Positions 40,405 through 50,652 of a stretch of DNA of 63,497 nucleotides are shown piece after piece. The stretch lies in NCBI GenBank assembly GCA_964572615.1, contig CAZNGJ010000002.1:1-63497 (forward strand), in the 5' to 3' direction. Each line of letters begins with the position of its first letter. Within the stretch, counting starts at the first letter, position 1. A program made the position numbers and the translations under genes. The notes under the pieces were generated by a model. It was not told where the DNA came from. It searched no databases and worked only from the letters and a program-made list of their open reading frames with translations. This stretch comes from an uncultured Bacteroides sp. GTDB lineage: Bacteria > Bacteroidota > Bacteroidia > Bacteroidales > Muribaculaceae.

Positions 40405-41763
40405 ATGAACGTTAATCTTACTAAACCCTCTGAGGAAGTCGGTCTTATCACAGTGGAAGTCACTGAAGCCGATTACGCTGACAAAGTAACCAAAGAGCTT
40501 AAGAAAATCCAGAAAAACGCCAATATCCCCGGCTTCCGTAAAGGTGCCGTTCCCATGGGTCAGATCAAACGTCGCTTTGAGAAATCCGTTAAGAGCGACG
40601 TCCTCAACCAGGAAGTTTACGAGGCAGTTATCAACTATATCCGTAACGAAAAACTTCACGTATTGGGCGAACCCCTGCCCGTTGAAGTTAAGGAAATCAA
40701 CCTCGAAGACAAAGACTACAAGTTCGAATACGAAATCGGTCTCGCGCCCGAAATCGACGTTGAAGTTGACAAGAATGTCGAATTACCTTATTACAAGATT
40801 GAAGTGAGCGACGACATGATCAACGAGCAGGACAAGAACCTTGCTGAGCGTCTCGGTTCGCAGGTTCCCGGCGAAGAGGTTGACGCCAAAGCCGTTGTTA
40901 AGGGTTCGATCCAGCAGCTCAACGCCGATGGCACCGTTAACACTAACGAGGGCGCTATCCAAGTTATCTCAGGCATTGTAGCTCCCTTCCTGTTCAAGAG
41001 TAAGGAGGAAGCCGACAAGTTCCTCGGTAAGAAGGTAAACGACAAGGTTGTCTTCAACCCCTACAACTCGTGCGACGGCAATGCAGTCGAACTGGCATCG
41101 ATGCTGAATCTCGACAAGGAAATCGCCAAGGACGTTAAGGACGACTTCGAATTTGCAATCAGTGAAATCATCGTTGTTAAACCCGCCGAACACAACCAGG
41201 AGTTTTATGACAATGTATCCGGCAAGGATAAAGTTCATAACGAAGAGGAATATCGCGAATTCCTTAAGAATATGATCGCTGCCCAGCTCGAAGGAAACTC
41301 TATCAGCTACTTCGACCATACTGCCCAGCAGTACTTCTCCGAAAAGTACAACGATATGAAGTTGCCCGTTGAGTTCCTTAAGAAATGGCTCATTGCCCGC
41401 AACGAAGAACTGACTGCCGAGAACATCGATGACGAGTTTGCCCAGATGCTCCCTGCCCTCAAGTGGCAGCTGATCCGCGAAGCCATCGGCACTAAACTCG
41501 GTGTAAAGATCGAAGAAAAGGATGTTTTGGATTACGCCAAGGGTCTGGCTCGTAACCAGTTCATGCAGTATGGTATCACCAACATGGACGAAAAGACCAT
41601 CGAAGATACCGCCAAGCGCATCCTCAACGACAACAACTACCGCAATCAGATTGTCGAGAACGTAAGCGATCAGAAACTCTTCTGGGCTGTTCGTCAGGCT
41701 GTCAACACCAAGGTTGAAGAAGTTTCGCTCGACAAATTCAAAGAAATCGTCGGCGCAAAATAA
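40405..41763 (+). CDS. tig: Trigger factor
   Basis: IPGFRKG ribosome-binding motif; 452 aa; strongly biased codon usage. Confidence 0.95.
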   Translation: MNVNLTKPSEEVGLITVEVTEADYADKVTKELKKIQKNANIPGFRKGAVPMGQIKRRFEKSVKSDVLNQEVYEAVINYIRNEKLHVLGEPLPVEVKEINLEDKDYKFEYEIGLAPEIDVEVDKNVELPYYKIEVSDDMINEQDKNLAERLGSQVPGEEVDAKAVVKGSIQQLNADGTVNTNEGAIQVISGIVAPFLFKSKEEADKFLGKKVNDKVVFNPYNSCDGNAVELASMLNLDKEIAKDVKDDFEFAISEIIVVKPAEHNQEFYDNVSGKDKVHNEEEYREFLKNMIAAQLEGNSISYFDHTAQQYFSEKYNDMKLPVEFLKKWLIARNEELTAENIDDEFAQMLPALKWQLIREAIGTKLGVKIEEKDVLDYAKGLARNQFMQYGITNMDEKTIEDTAKRILNDNNYRNQIVENVSDQKLFWAVRQAVNTKVEEVSLDKFKEIVGAK

Positions 41764-41782
41764 TACTCCGATAAATCAAGAT

Positions 41783-41826
41783 ACGTAAAGAGGCCTCGCA
41801 TTTCGAAATGCGAGGCCTTTTTACGT
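41783..41826. terminator. Intrinsic terminator after tig
   Basis: AGGCCTCGCATTT-CG-AAATGCGAGGCCT followed by a T-run. Confidence 0.9.
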
Positions 41827-41869
41827 TCTAAGGTATATGCTAAGGAAATCGAGATTTTTCCGGAATCAT

Positions 41870-42499
41870 TCAAGTCAGTTTTCCTGCGCGAGCAGCGTCG
41901 ATTGTCTTGCTTTCGGGAACCAGATAAATTTCGACGCGACGGTTTTTGGCGCGATTTTCAATAGAGTTGTTCGGTTTTACGGGATTACGGTTACCGAAAG
42001 AGTAGTAATGAATGTTGGGAGATACTCCGCTGTTAATCGCTAACGTACGGAGAGCCTTGTCGACAGCCTGCGCACGGACAATTGATACCGAATTGGAATA
42101 TTCATTGTCGCCGGTGTCATCGGTATACACTGCAATGAGCACTTTGAAAGAACCGGGTTGAGAGACTCCTTGCGAGAAATTCCTGAGAACGGCATCAGCT
42201 TCCGGCTTCAACACGGTCGAATTAGGTGCGAACAATTTGTCAGCCGGAATAGTTACTTTAACTACTTCATTCTTACGCGTTACCTGTGCATCGAGACCCT
42301 TGTTAGCAAACCACTTCCGTATTGTCTCCATGTGTCGCGACACAGAAGCATTGGCCTTTGTCGGAACGGCAGGACTTGCCAGAGTAATCTCCCACTCTGA
42401 TGCACCCGCCTGAGTTTTAGCAGGAGACTCGGCTTGCACACTGAGTGTGGCGCTGAGAACAGCGGCGGCACATATAGAAATATAAGAAGTAAGTTTCAT
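41870..42499 (-). CDS. OmpA-like peptidoglycan-binding domain protein
   Basis: Signal peptide; LF, YTD, RA and NRRVEI motifs of the OmpA C-terminal domain. Confidence 0.88.
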   Translation of the reverse strand: MKLTSYISICAAAVLSATLSVQAESPAKTQAGASEWEITLASPAVPTKANASVSRHMETIRKWFANKGLDAQVTRKNEVVKVTIPADKLFAPNSTVLKPEADAVLRNFSQGVSQPGSFKVLIAVYTDDTGDNEYSNSVSIVRAQAVDKALRTLAINSGVSPNIHYYSFGNRNPVKPNNSIENRAKNRRVEIYLVPESKTIDAARAGKLT

Positions 42500-42538
42500 T
42501 TTGAGAACGGGTAGGGGAGTTGGAGGATTAAGAGGATA

Positions 42539-42859
42539 TTAAAGTTCGTCGCAAAGCGCTTCGTATGCAAGTTCAGCGTCGATAATAGCGGGTAAATCGT
42601 TGATATCTACATTGCTCGATTTGTCCTTGCGGATCATCTTGGTAACCCAGGCAATCAGATTTGCCTTGTCAACAGCCTCCGTGCCTTCCGACTCTTCATC
42701 CATATCAACATCCAGCATACCATGGTCCTCGTAGTAGTCCCATACGAGGTCAATTACTTCAAGAATGTCATCGTCGGAGTATTTCTTAGTAATATCCGTG
42801 TTTTTGGCCAAAGCATCCAAAATATACTTCGTGGCCTTGTCTTCATCAAATACTTCCAT
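42539..42859 (-). CDS. Acidic hypothetical protein
   Basis: 106 aa D/E-rich ORF within the operon. Confidence 0.75.
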   Translation of the reverse strand: MEVFDEDKATKYILDALAKNTDITKKYSDDDILEVIDLVWDYYEDHGMLDVDMDEESEGTEAVDKANLIAWVTKMIRKDKSSNVDINDLPAIIDAELAYEALCDEL

Positions 42860-42879
42860 GTGTATGATATGTTAAAGTA

Positions 42880-43419
42880 TTAATCGATTAATCCTGTCGG
42901 AAGGTCGAATGATATGGTATGCTCATCCTGATTGAGATCGACGAGCCATTCGTCAACGTATGGAACAAACAACTTACGCCCGTCTGGCAACTCAACCTCA
43001 AGAAGATAATTCTGCGTATCATCGTTGAAGCCGACAACCTTTCCGATCGTCCGACCGGACTCGTCGTTGAGTCTGTAGCCTATAAGGTCGCTAAGATAGA
43101 GCCCTTCTTCGCCGTCGGCCTCATTGTCATAATCGGGATGTTCAACCAGCTCCTTTTGCAGAACGTATGCTGTTTTGCCGACGAAAGCACGCGCCTCTTC
43201 TACGGTATCTACGCCTTCGAGTGCAACCAATCGGTTTGCCGCTCCCTGTCCGCGAGACGATGCTATCTCAAAAGGGACAAAGATAGCATCCATCTCGAAG
43301 ACAAGAAAACGGAAGTCCTCAGGGTTATACTGAGTATCAAGCTGAATGTTCAATTCGCCTTTTATGCCGTGCGTCTTGCTGACATACCCTATGGGGAATA
43401 ATTCTTTTGCTGTTATCAT
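42880..43419 (-). CDS. rimM: Ribosome maturation factor RimM
   Basis: IGYVSKTHGIKGEL, DLIG and a PRC-barrel ending LPTGLID. Confidence 0.93.
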   Translation of the reverse strand: MITAKELFPIGYVSKTHGIKGELNIQLDTQYNPEDFRFLVFEMDAIFVPFEIASSRGQGAANRLVALEGVDTVEEARAFVGKTAYVLQKELVEHPDYDNEADGEEGLYLSDLIGYRLNDESGRTIGKVVGFNDDTQNYLLEVELPDGRKLFVPYVDEWLVDLNQDEHTISFDLPTGLID

Positions 43420-43460
43420 GCAGGTTAAACGTCCCTGGGTGCAAAAAGTTTGGATTTTGA

Positions 43461-44045
43461 TTACTTCTTCTTTTTCTTTTTGCCGGGTTTAGGTGCATCC
43501 TTATATTCGCACAGCATGAGTTCTTCAGGCCGAATTACGATCTGTCCTTCCGTTATGCGTGCAATGTCGTCGAATATACGTTCGTCGCTATAACCGTCAG
43601 GATCCCATGCCAGACTCGCCTTCTTCATCTGATTGGCTACCAAAACAATAATGGCGTCACGGTCGGGACCGGGCTCCATAGCAGCAGTGGCATCAATCAT
43701 ATTGATAAGATTGCGGCCATATTGACGGTTGTTCACCACGCTGTAATCGTATGGAACAGGGTCGGGCTTGGGTTGGATCGAATCAGGGCGAATCACCTCG
43801 AAGGGCCAATCTATGTCGAGCGCAAATCCGCTCATCATCGCCAGATGGTCCCAGTAGCGGTGCTCACTATCATCATCGTCTTTAGGAGCCTGAAGGATTA
43901 TCTTCATTGCCTTGATAATGCTATAGGCACAACGGGTGCGCTCTTCACGATCTTCGATAGTGAGAGCGTGGTCGACCATAGATTGGATAACTCGTCCATA
44001 TTCGGGCAGGACAAGTGGCTTGAGGTGAGTATTATATGTAAGCAT
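43461..44045 (-). CDS. DUF4290 family protein
   Basis: YNT...LPEYGR, WDHLAMMS, YGR, ANQMKK. Confidence 0.88.
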   Translation of the reverse strand: MLTYNTHLKPLVLPEYGRVIQSMVDHALTIEDREERTRCAYSIIKAMKIILQAPKDDDDSEHRYWDHLAMMSGFALDIDWPFEVIRPDSIQPKPDPVPYDYSVVNNRQYGRNLINMIDATAAMEPGPDRDAIIVLVANQMKKASLAWDPDGYSDERIFDDIARITEGQIVIRPEELMLCEYKDAPKPGKKKKKK

Positions 44046-44056
44046 AAACAGGTGGC

Positions 44057-44803
44057 TTACATGTTCATACCGCCGTCAACCTGAATAACCTGACCGGTTA
44101 CGTAGCTTGACATATCCGAGGCGAGGAAGGTTGCAACATTTGCAATATCTTCTACCTTTCCGCCGCGACGCAGAGGTATCTTTGCCGTCCACTCCTTGCG
44201 AACGTCTTCGGGCAGAGCAGCAGTCATAGCTGTTTCGATAAAACCGGGGGCGATGGCATTTGCACGAATATTGCGGCTGCCAACTTCCTGAGCGATAGAC
44301 TTGGCAAGTGCGATAAGACCGGCTTTCGAGGCAGCATAGTTAGCCTGACCTGCATTACCGTGTACACCTACTACGGATGCCATGTTGATGATCGAACCGT
44401 GACGCTGGCGCATCATGATGGGCAGAACGGCGTTGATAAAGTTGAACGCGCTCTTGAGGTTGACAGCGATAACTGCATCCCACTGAGCTTCGGTCATACG
44501 GAGCATAAGGCCGTCCTTGGTTATACCGGCGTTATTAACGAGAATGTCGATCGAACCGAAGTCCTTGTGTACCTGGTCGACAACTTCCTTGGTCTGGTTG
44601 AAGTCGGCGGCATTTGACGCATAGCCTTTAACCTTCACGCCGAGAGCGGCTATTTCTGCCTCGGTCTGTTTGCCGTTTTCGTCAATCACGAGGTCGGTAA
44701 ATGCGATATTAGCGCCTTCTTCGGCGAACTTAAGAGCGAGAGCCTTGCCGATACCACGGGCTGCACCTGTGATAAGAGCGGTTTTTCCTTCAAGTAATTT
44801 CAT
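44057..44803 (-). CDS. fabG: 3-oxoacyl-ACP reductase
   Basis: Start MKLLEGK; TGAARGIG, NNAGITKD, YAASK. Confidence 0.96.
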   Translation of the reverse strand: MKLLEGKTALITGAARGIGKALALKFAEEGANIAFTDLVIDENGKQTEAEIAALGVKVKGYASNAADFNQTKEVVDQVHKDFGSIDILVNNAGITKDGLMLRMTEAQWDAVIAVNLKSAFNFINAVLPIMMRQRHGSIINMASVVGVHGNAGQANYAASKAGLIALAKSIAQEVGSRNIRANAIAPGFIETAMTAALPEDVRKEWTAKIPLRRGGKVEDIANVATFLASDMSSYVTGQVIQVDGGMNM

Positions 44804-44837
44804 TGCTATTTTCAAGGGGTTAGTTGATATGTTGATG

Positions 44838-44845
44838 CAAAGTTA
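44838..44845 (-). promoter_or_regulatory. -7 promoter element for the fabG operon
   Basis: TAACTTTG consensus match. Confidence 0.7.
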
Positions 44846-44872
44846 CAAAAAAAGCGGCTAACCCCCAAATAA

Positions 44873-46087
44873 TCATTGAAAGGTAATGGCGAACACCGTC
44901 TGACCATTGGCTGAAGATAGCGAAAAATCGGCGTGATGATTGCGGAGGATATCGGCCACAAGTATGAGCCCCAGACCTTGTCCATCCGGTTTCGTGGTAT
45001 AGAAAGGAGTAAAGAGTTTGTCGGAAGCTTCACCGGGGATCTCACGACCATTGTTAATGAATCGTATGGACTTCGCGTCTAAGCTGATGACAATTTGGCC
45101 ATCGGGGACGTCAGCCTCAGCTATGGCCTCTACGGCATTCTTGACAATGTTAGTGAACACCTGCTCCAATAGACCTGAATCAGCATAGACCGTCTCACTT
45201 ACTCCATCTATCCGAACGTCAGCAACCCCTGCTGCCATTTCCTTAAAGAAGGGTAGCAATCGTTCTACTTCGTCTTTCAAATCTACAGGCTTTAATACGG
45301 GGGCGGGCACTTTGGCTATCTTCGCATAGTTCTTCACAAAGTCGCGCAAACTCAGACAGCGCGCATGACAGATTTCAAGAGTCCGAGAGACCGTTTCATC
45401 ACTTTCCGACTCGAGAAGTGTTTCGAAAACCGAGGTAATCGAGCCGAGGGTATTGTTAACCTCGTGAGCCATGGTTCGGATAACCTTGCTATACGTCTGC
45501 TTTTCCACCGACAGAATCTCGTCGGTGAGTCGTTCTATCAAGATAAACGGACGACGGAATCCGCGTTCCATAAACGACAGACGGCTGATACGGAACACTT
45601 CGGACCCTTTTGCGCGGACAGTCTTGACTTCACCGTCTTGGAGACTGTCAATTTCGGATACCAAGGAGTCTGTTGTCAAGTTCTGGTAAGCGGGATTCGT
45701 AGTTACGGGTACACCATCGAGCGAGCAAATCGCGATTCCCATCGGCGACGCTTCGATGAGTTGCCGGAGAAAACGATCCTGTTCTTCTTTCTTCAATCGT
45801 TCTTCCTTAAGGGTTTGCATCAGTCGGTTGAACAGGCTGACAATACGGTCGGCGTCTCGATTGCCCACTTTGGACAAGCGACTCGCAAAATCCTGCGCTT
45901 GTAGCAAGTACAAACCGTTTTGAACCGTGCGCAGCTGACGAATTACGCTGACATACAACCACACGACAAGCAATGCGCAGACCATAGCTATCAGGAAAAT
46001 AATTCCCTTACCCGATCCGATAAGAGCTGAAGTCGTTAACAATATAATGCCCACGACAAGCAGAATGAACAACCATGTTTTACTCAT
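44873..46087 (-). CDS. Sensor histidine kinase (NtrY-like)
   Basis: Two TM segments; H-box MAHEVNN, N-box NIVKNA, FTPFYTTK, GQGLGL. Confidence 0.93.
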   Translation of the reverse strand: MSKTWLFILLVVGIILLTTSALIGSGKGIIFLIAMVCALLVVWLYVSVIRQLRTVQNGLYLLQAQDFASRLSKVGNRDADRIVSLFNRLMQTLKEERLKKEEQDRFLRQLIEASPMGIAICSLDGVPVTTNPAYQNLTTDSLVSEIDSLQDGEVKTVRAKGSEVFRISRLSFMERGFRRPFILIERLTDEILSVEKQTYSKVIRTMAHEVNNTLGSITSVFETLLESESDETVSRTLEICHARCLSLRDFVKNYAKIAKVPAPVLKPVDLKDEVERLLPFFKEMAAGVADVRIDGVSETVYADSGLLEQVFTNIVKNAVEAIAEADVPDGQIVISLDAKSIRFINNGREIPGEASDKLFTPFYTTKPDGQGLGLILVADILRNHHADFSLSSANGQTVFAITFQ

Positions 46088-46614
46088 AGTTTGATACCAT
46101 ATTTATCGAGTCGGCGATATAGTGCCTGTCGTGATATACCCAATGATTCGGCTGTATGGGCTACGTTATAGTCACATCGGCGCAGCGCATCTTTGATAGC
46201 AGTCTGTTCGAGGTCCTCAAGGGTTGGGGGTGCGACCTCGGCCGGAGGTGTTGTTCCAAGTGCTCGTTTGACCCTGTCGAGGACATCCTTGTTCGCCCAA
46301 GGCTTGGTGATGAAATCGGTTGCACCGTAGCGCATACCCTCGACAGCGAGGGGTATTGTTCCCCATGCAGAAATCAGAATTACGGGCAGCTCGGGAGAAA
46401 GAACTTTGATTTTTCGCAGAAGTTCAATCCCGTCGCGACCGGTTGTGGTCAGCGACAGGTTCATATCGAGAATAACCAGTTCGATGTTTCCACGACGCAC
46501 CATTTCAAGAGCATCCGCCGAGTTGGAAACAGCTTCAAACAGGAAGCCTTTCTGTTTCAGCAAAAGCCCGAGAGAGAGTCGGATAGCCTGATCGTCGTCA
46601 ACTATAAGAATCAT
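46084..46614 (-). CDS. Response regulator with REC and Fis-type HTH, lacking the AAA+ domain
   Basis: VDDD, LDMN and TKPW receiver motifs, a short linker, then TLEDLE...LGISRQALYRRLDKYG. Confidence 0.9.
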   Translation of the reverse strand: MILIVDDDQAIRLSLGLLLKQKGFLFEAVSNSADALEMVRRGNIELVILDMNLSLTTTGRDGIELLRKIKVLSPELPVILISAWGTIPLAVEGMRYGATDFITKPWANKDVLDRVKRALGTTPPAEVAPPTLEDLEQTAIKDALRRCDYNVAHTAESLGISRQALYRRLDKYGIKL

Positions 46615-46618
46615 TTTG

Positions 46619-46626
46619 CAAAGTTA
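46619..46626 (-). promoter_or_regulatory. -7 promoter element, probably leaderless, for the regulator-kinase pair
   Basis: TAACTTTG-CAAA-ATG. Confidence 0.65.
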
Positions 46627-46635
46627 AGTATAAAA

Positions 46636-48111
46636 TTATTGAGAAACAAGCCGTTCTATATCGGCATTAATGTCAGTGGCGTTGGCATAGTCGTAAAGAG
46701 TAAGCGAGCGAAGCTGATACCAGTAATACCAGAAGTAATACAACTCATTGAAGTACTGCCGACGGCTTTCGTCTTTCTTGACTTGAGAGTCATTCAGGTC
46801 GAGTGTCGAGATCCGACCGATCAGATAGGTCTGAAAATTAGTATCATAACGTTTTTTGGCAATCTCGTCGGCCCGGAGAGCTAAGTCGAGTTGCGACTGT
46901 TGGTTGGCGAATCTCTCGACGAGAATAAACAAAGTCTGGTTGAAATCGTGACTTTCCTTGCGCAACCTGCTTTCGACCACCTGACGGTTACTCTCCGCCA
47001 CCTTGACCTTGCCTCGACGTTTGCCCCAGTCGAGTAGGGGAATACTCAGACCCACCTCGACAACCTGATTGGGTCGCAACCGAGAATAGGCACCGTTGAT
47101 GTTATCGTCCGTTCCTGTAAAGCCAATCTGGGCAAACAGATTGATCTGACGTAAATCACCTTTGGCTTTTGCCACTTCGTAATCGGCTTCGAGTTGACGA
47201 CGACGCAAACTCTTGGCATGGCTGTTGTTCGTAAGAGCACGTTCGAGAGCATCCGGGTAGGTGATACTGACCTGAGGAACTTCTTCGGGCACTACGGGTT
47301 GAATGTCGACATCGCTATCGAGTCCGAGAAAAGACGTCAGACTGAACATATTCGATTTGGCAGTACTGATACAGTCGGTCAGTGACGAACGGGCATCGAG
47401 CACGTTGAGTTCCATCTGAAGCAAATCGTTATTACTGATTTGACCCATTGCTCGTTTTTCAGTAGCCACTTCATAAAGTCGTTCGGCATTATTGAGGTTC
47501 TGTCGAGCTATATCTTCATTTTCGCGACCTATCAACAACTGAAAGTAAAGAGAGACCGCTGCAAGCGCCACATCTTCGGTTGCACTGATAAATGCGGCTT
47601 TGGCCTCAGCGTAGCGGACCGGCTCGATTCGACTATCCCACTTCATGGTGTTAACCCCGAAAATTGGCTGATTAAGTGTCAGTGCAATCGGAATCGACAT
47701 GTATCGGTTGCCAAGACCGTTATCAAATTGACGGAGGAAGTCGAGCGAAGTATTGAGAGCGATAGTTCCGCCCGTCAACCGGATATTTTGGGTGACAGAC
47801 ATCTGACCGTTAAGTTGTAGTGAGTTGGTGCGGACAAAGGAGTAATCACCGTTTTCGTTCATATAAGCCGAATACTGCTTGCCGTAGGATGGGAGTGTTG
47901 CCGAAAACTTCACCTCCGGCAGTCTGTCGGCTCGATAAGTGCGCCACTCCCAGTAGGCTCGTTTCAACTCGTTGAGTGCTACGGCAGCATCGACACTGCT
48001 GAGTCGCGCACGGGTCACGACGTCGTCAAGGGTCATAACCACTGTGCGAGCCGGAGCGCACACAGTGATTATGATTGAGAAAATCAGTATGGAAAGCTGT
48101 TTATAGTTCAT
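46636..48111 (-). CDS. TolC-family outer membrane efflux protein
   Basis: Signal peptide, OEP repeats and GLSIPLLDWG. Confidence 0.92.
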   Translation of the reverse strand: MNYKQLSILIFSIIITVCAPARTVVMTLDDVVTRARLSSVDAAVALNELKRAYWEWRTYRADRLPEVKFSATLPSYGKQYSAYMNENGDYSFVRTNSLQLNGQMSVTQNIRLTGGTIALNTSLDFLRQFDNGLGNRYMSIPIALTLNQPIFGVNTMKWDSRIEPVRYAEAKAAFISATEDVALAAVSLYFQLLIGRENEDIARQNLNNAERLYEVATEKRAMGQISNNDLLQMELNVLDARSSLTDCISTAKSNMFSLTSFLGLDSDVDIQPVVPEEVPQVSITYPDALERALTNNSHAKSLRRRQLEADYEVAKAKGDLRQINLFAQIGFTGTDDNINGAYSRLRPNQVVEVGLSIPLLDWGKRRGKVKVAESNRQVVESRLRKESHDFNQTLFILVERFANQQSQLDLALRADEIAKKRYDTNFQTYLIGRISTLDLNDSQVKKDESRRQYFNELYYFWYYWYQLRSLTLYDYANATDINADIERLVSQ

Positions 48112-49358
48112 TCCGATTTGAGGGCAGACGAGGGATTGATACGCATGGCACGACGTGCCGGAATCCAGATAGAGAGGAGAACGATAATCACCATCAACAC
48201 CGTAGCGGCTATAAACCCGTATATGGTGTAATCATTGTTGAGAGTAATGGGGAATGTCTCTGACTCTTCGTTCATGAAAGTTTTGTAAAGCCAGTATTCG
48301 ACGGGCAAGGCGATGACCGTGGCAAAGAACAGTAACAGCAACCCTTCGCCAAAGTAACGTCGCATGATGTCGGCCGGAGTAGCACCGTTGACTTTGCGTA
48401 TGGCTATCTCGGCAGTGTTCTGCGATGTTCGCAACCAAAACGTGCCGAACAGCCCCATGAATACGCAGATGACAAGGAACAGCATACATATTATGCAGTT
48501 ACGGACATACATGTCGCCTTCGCCCTCTGCCTCATACTTCATATCTTCGAACGACTTGAATGGCTCGATAAATACGTTGCCAAACTCAAGGTCGTCGCCG
48601 GTTAAGGAATCGATGAACTGTTTGCCTTCGCCGGGCTTTACGCGGACGATTATACCCGACATGAAATTCGGGAACTCATCCTCGCTTAGTGGGAAGATGC
48701 CTACGCCACCTTGACTCGATTCGTAGTTGTTACGGGGGTAAAGTGGTATGATAGCTCCGACTTCGAACACTTCGGTCGAATCGCGATAGACAATCAACCT
48801 TTTATTGCCATAGGCTTTAAGTATTTCGTCCGCTTTCATCACATCGGTTTCAGAGATGATGATCTTGCCCTTTTCGAGCAAGTCTACCAACTGCTCAGTA
48901 GTTTGTCCGTCGACGCCCTTAAGCCCGAGTGCGCGAATAGCTTCCGGTGTTGCGGCACGTTTATTGATATCAAAACCGACTGTGTCCAGATCGTCGAGAC
49001 GCATAAGGGCAGTTCCGTAGTATCCGAAAGTGTATGGAGTCAGATTCGAGCCCGCACCGACATGTAAAACATGAGGATTGCGGCGCAGACGGTGGATGAT
49101 ATTCTGCAGATCTGTAGCTTGATTATGCAGCGAATCGGGATATTCGCGATATTGTGGATTCTCTTCGTCGAAATAATCTATTGACGAAGCATAAAGATCG
49201 TCGGTGGTATATGCCGTCGAACGGAACAACGGTGCTACGGCAGGAAAGAAAAGCGAGCTGATAGCCCAAAGGACGACACTGACGATGACAAGTTCGACGA
49301 GCATCCACATATTGGCGCGCCATTCATGGCACATTTGAGAAATTAGTTTGCGTTTCAT
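48108..49358 (-). CDS. ABC exporter permease (MacB/FtsX-like)
   Basis: Start MKRKLISQ; EIAIRKVNGA; PARRAMRINP. Confidence 0.9.
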   Translation of the reverse strand: MKRKLISQMCHEWRANMWMLVELVIVSVVLWAISSLFFPAVAPLFRSTAYTTDDLYASSIDYFDEENPQYREYPDSLHNQATDLQNIIHRLRRNPHVLHVGAGSNLTPYTFGYYGTALMRLDDLDTVGFDINKRAATPEAIRALGLKGVDGQTTEQLVDLLEKGKIIISETDVMKADEILKAYGNKRLIVYRDSTEVFEVGAIIPLYPRNNYESSQGGVGIFPLSEDEFPNFMSGIIVRVKPGEGKQFIDSLTGDDLEFGNVFIEPFKSFEDMKYEAEGEGDMYVRNCIICMLFLVICVFMGLFGTFWLRTSQNTAEIAIRKVNGATPADIMRRYFGEGLLLLFFATVIALPVEYWLYKTFMNEESETFPITLNNDYTIYGFIAATVLMVIIVLLSIWIPARRAMRINPSSALKSE

Positions 49359-49371
49359 TGTAGTAGTCCTT

Positions 49372-50640
49372 TTAGTTAGCACGGGCATTTATTGCCTCAA
49401 CGGGGTTAACGCGCGACGCGAGCCATGCCGGTATCGAGGCGCTGATAATATTGAGCAGTATGCACAGCCCTATCGCTATGCCAAACACCTTAAGATTGAT
49501 AAGTGCATCGAGAGGGATGGAGCTATCCAAGCCCATTGTATCCCACGAAAAGATCAAAGAGCTATACGAAGTGGTAAATATAACACACGCTATAAAGCCT
49601 ATGGATGCGCCAATCAGGGTGATAATGAAGTTCTCGGTGATAATGTCGCGGATTATTCGGGCGCGGGTGCAACCGAAAGCCCGACGAACTCCGATTTCGC
49701 TGATACGGCGACGCATACGGCTGTGAGTCATGCTGCTCAGATTGACGGCCGGCACAATCAGCAAGATGGCATAGATGATATAGCGGATTGTCTTACCGGA
49801 GTCCGGTTCGGGATCGGTATTGGTTCCGAATGAGGAAGTCATATCGAATCGGTCGTACGGGGAGCCATGGTATACAACATTCGAGCCATCGGCAGAGACA
49901 CGGGTTGCTAACGCTGCATAGCGTGCCTTGACCTGGTCGCGCACTTTCTGCAACGGGTAGTTATCGGCAAGTAACATGGCTGCCCGGTAGTGACCACGCA
50001 ACTTATCTTCCTGCGTGTGGCTGGCTTCATTGATGGGCGTGTAGAAGTCAGCGTACGCCTGAGTGGCCAACGGAGAGACATCGTCTACTACACCTATAAC
50101 GGTATAAGTGACTGACAACGAGGTAAACTCTTCGCCAACGGGTGATTCCTTTCCGAACAACTTCTCGGCCAGACTTTTGCTGATTATGGCAACTTTGGCA
50201 TCGGCTTCAACCTCGGATTTAGTGAAATATCGGCCTTCTTTCAGGTCGAAATCGTATATTTGCCAGAAAACTTCGTCGACGGCGCGACTGTTCGAACTTA
50301 TGGCATTACCGCCTGACTTCTTTACAGTGACATTATTGAGAAAAGGTGTATAGTATGACACCAGCTCGATACCATCGAGATTGTCGTATAGTTCATGTGC
50401 AATTGTCGGATTCAGGTATCCGGACATATCCCAACCTTCAGGTGTTTTGACATGAATGCCTGACGAATATACGATGTGTTCACGTTGCGATACAGGCGAG
50501 AACGGAGCAGTTTCAACCTCCTGCAGCATCACTACGGTCATCAGCAGGAAGACGGCCAGAGCAGTGCCGGTAAGGGTAATCAACGATATGACGCGCTGAT
50601 GGCGCAGGTCATACAGTATTTGCTTTATCTTTTGTTTCAT
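49372..50640 (-). CDS. ABC exporter permease (MacB/FtsX-like)
   Basis: MacB periplasmic domain (EGRYF); EIGVRRAFG; PAWLASRVNP. Confidence 0.92.
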   Translation of the reverse strand: MKQKIKQILYDLRHQRVISLITLTGTALAVFLLMTVVMLQEVETAPFSPVSQREHIVYSSGIHVKTPEGWDMSGYLNPTIAHELYDNLDGIELVSYYTPFLNNVTVKKSGGNAISSNSRAVDEVFWQIYDFDLKEGRYFTKSEVEADAKVAIISKSLAEKLFGKESPVGEEFTSLSVTYTVIGVVDDVSPLATQAYADFYTPINEASHTQEDKLRGHYRAAMLLADNYPLQKVRDQVKARYAALATRVSADGSNVVYHGSPYDRFDMTSSFGTNTDPEPDSGKTIRYIIYAILLIVPAVNLSSMTHSRMRRRISEIGVRRAFGCTRARIIRDIITENFIITLIGASIGFIACVIFTTSYSSLIFSWDTMGLDSSIPLDALINLKVFGIAIGLCILLNIISASIPAWLASRVNPVEAINARAN

Positions 50641-50652
50641 AATATTTCGTGC

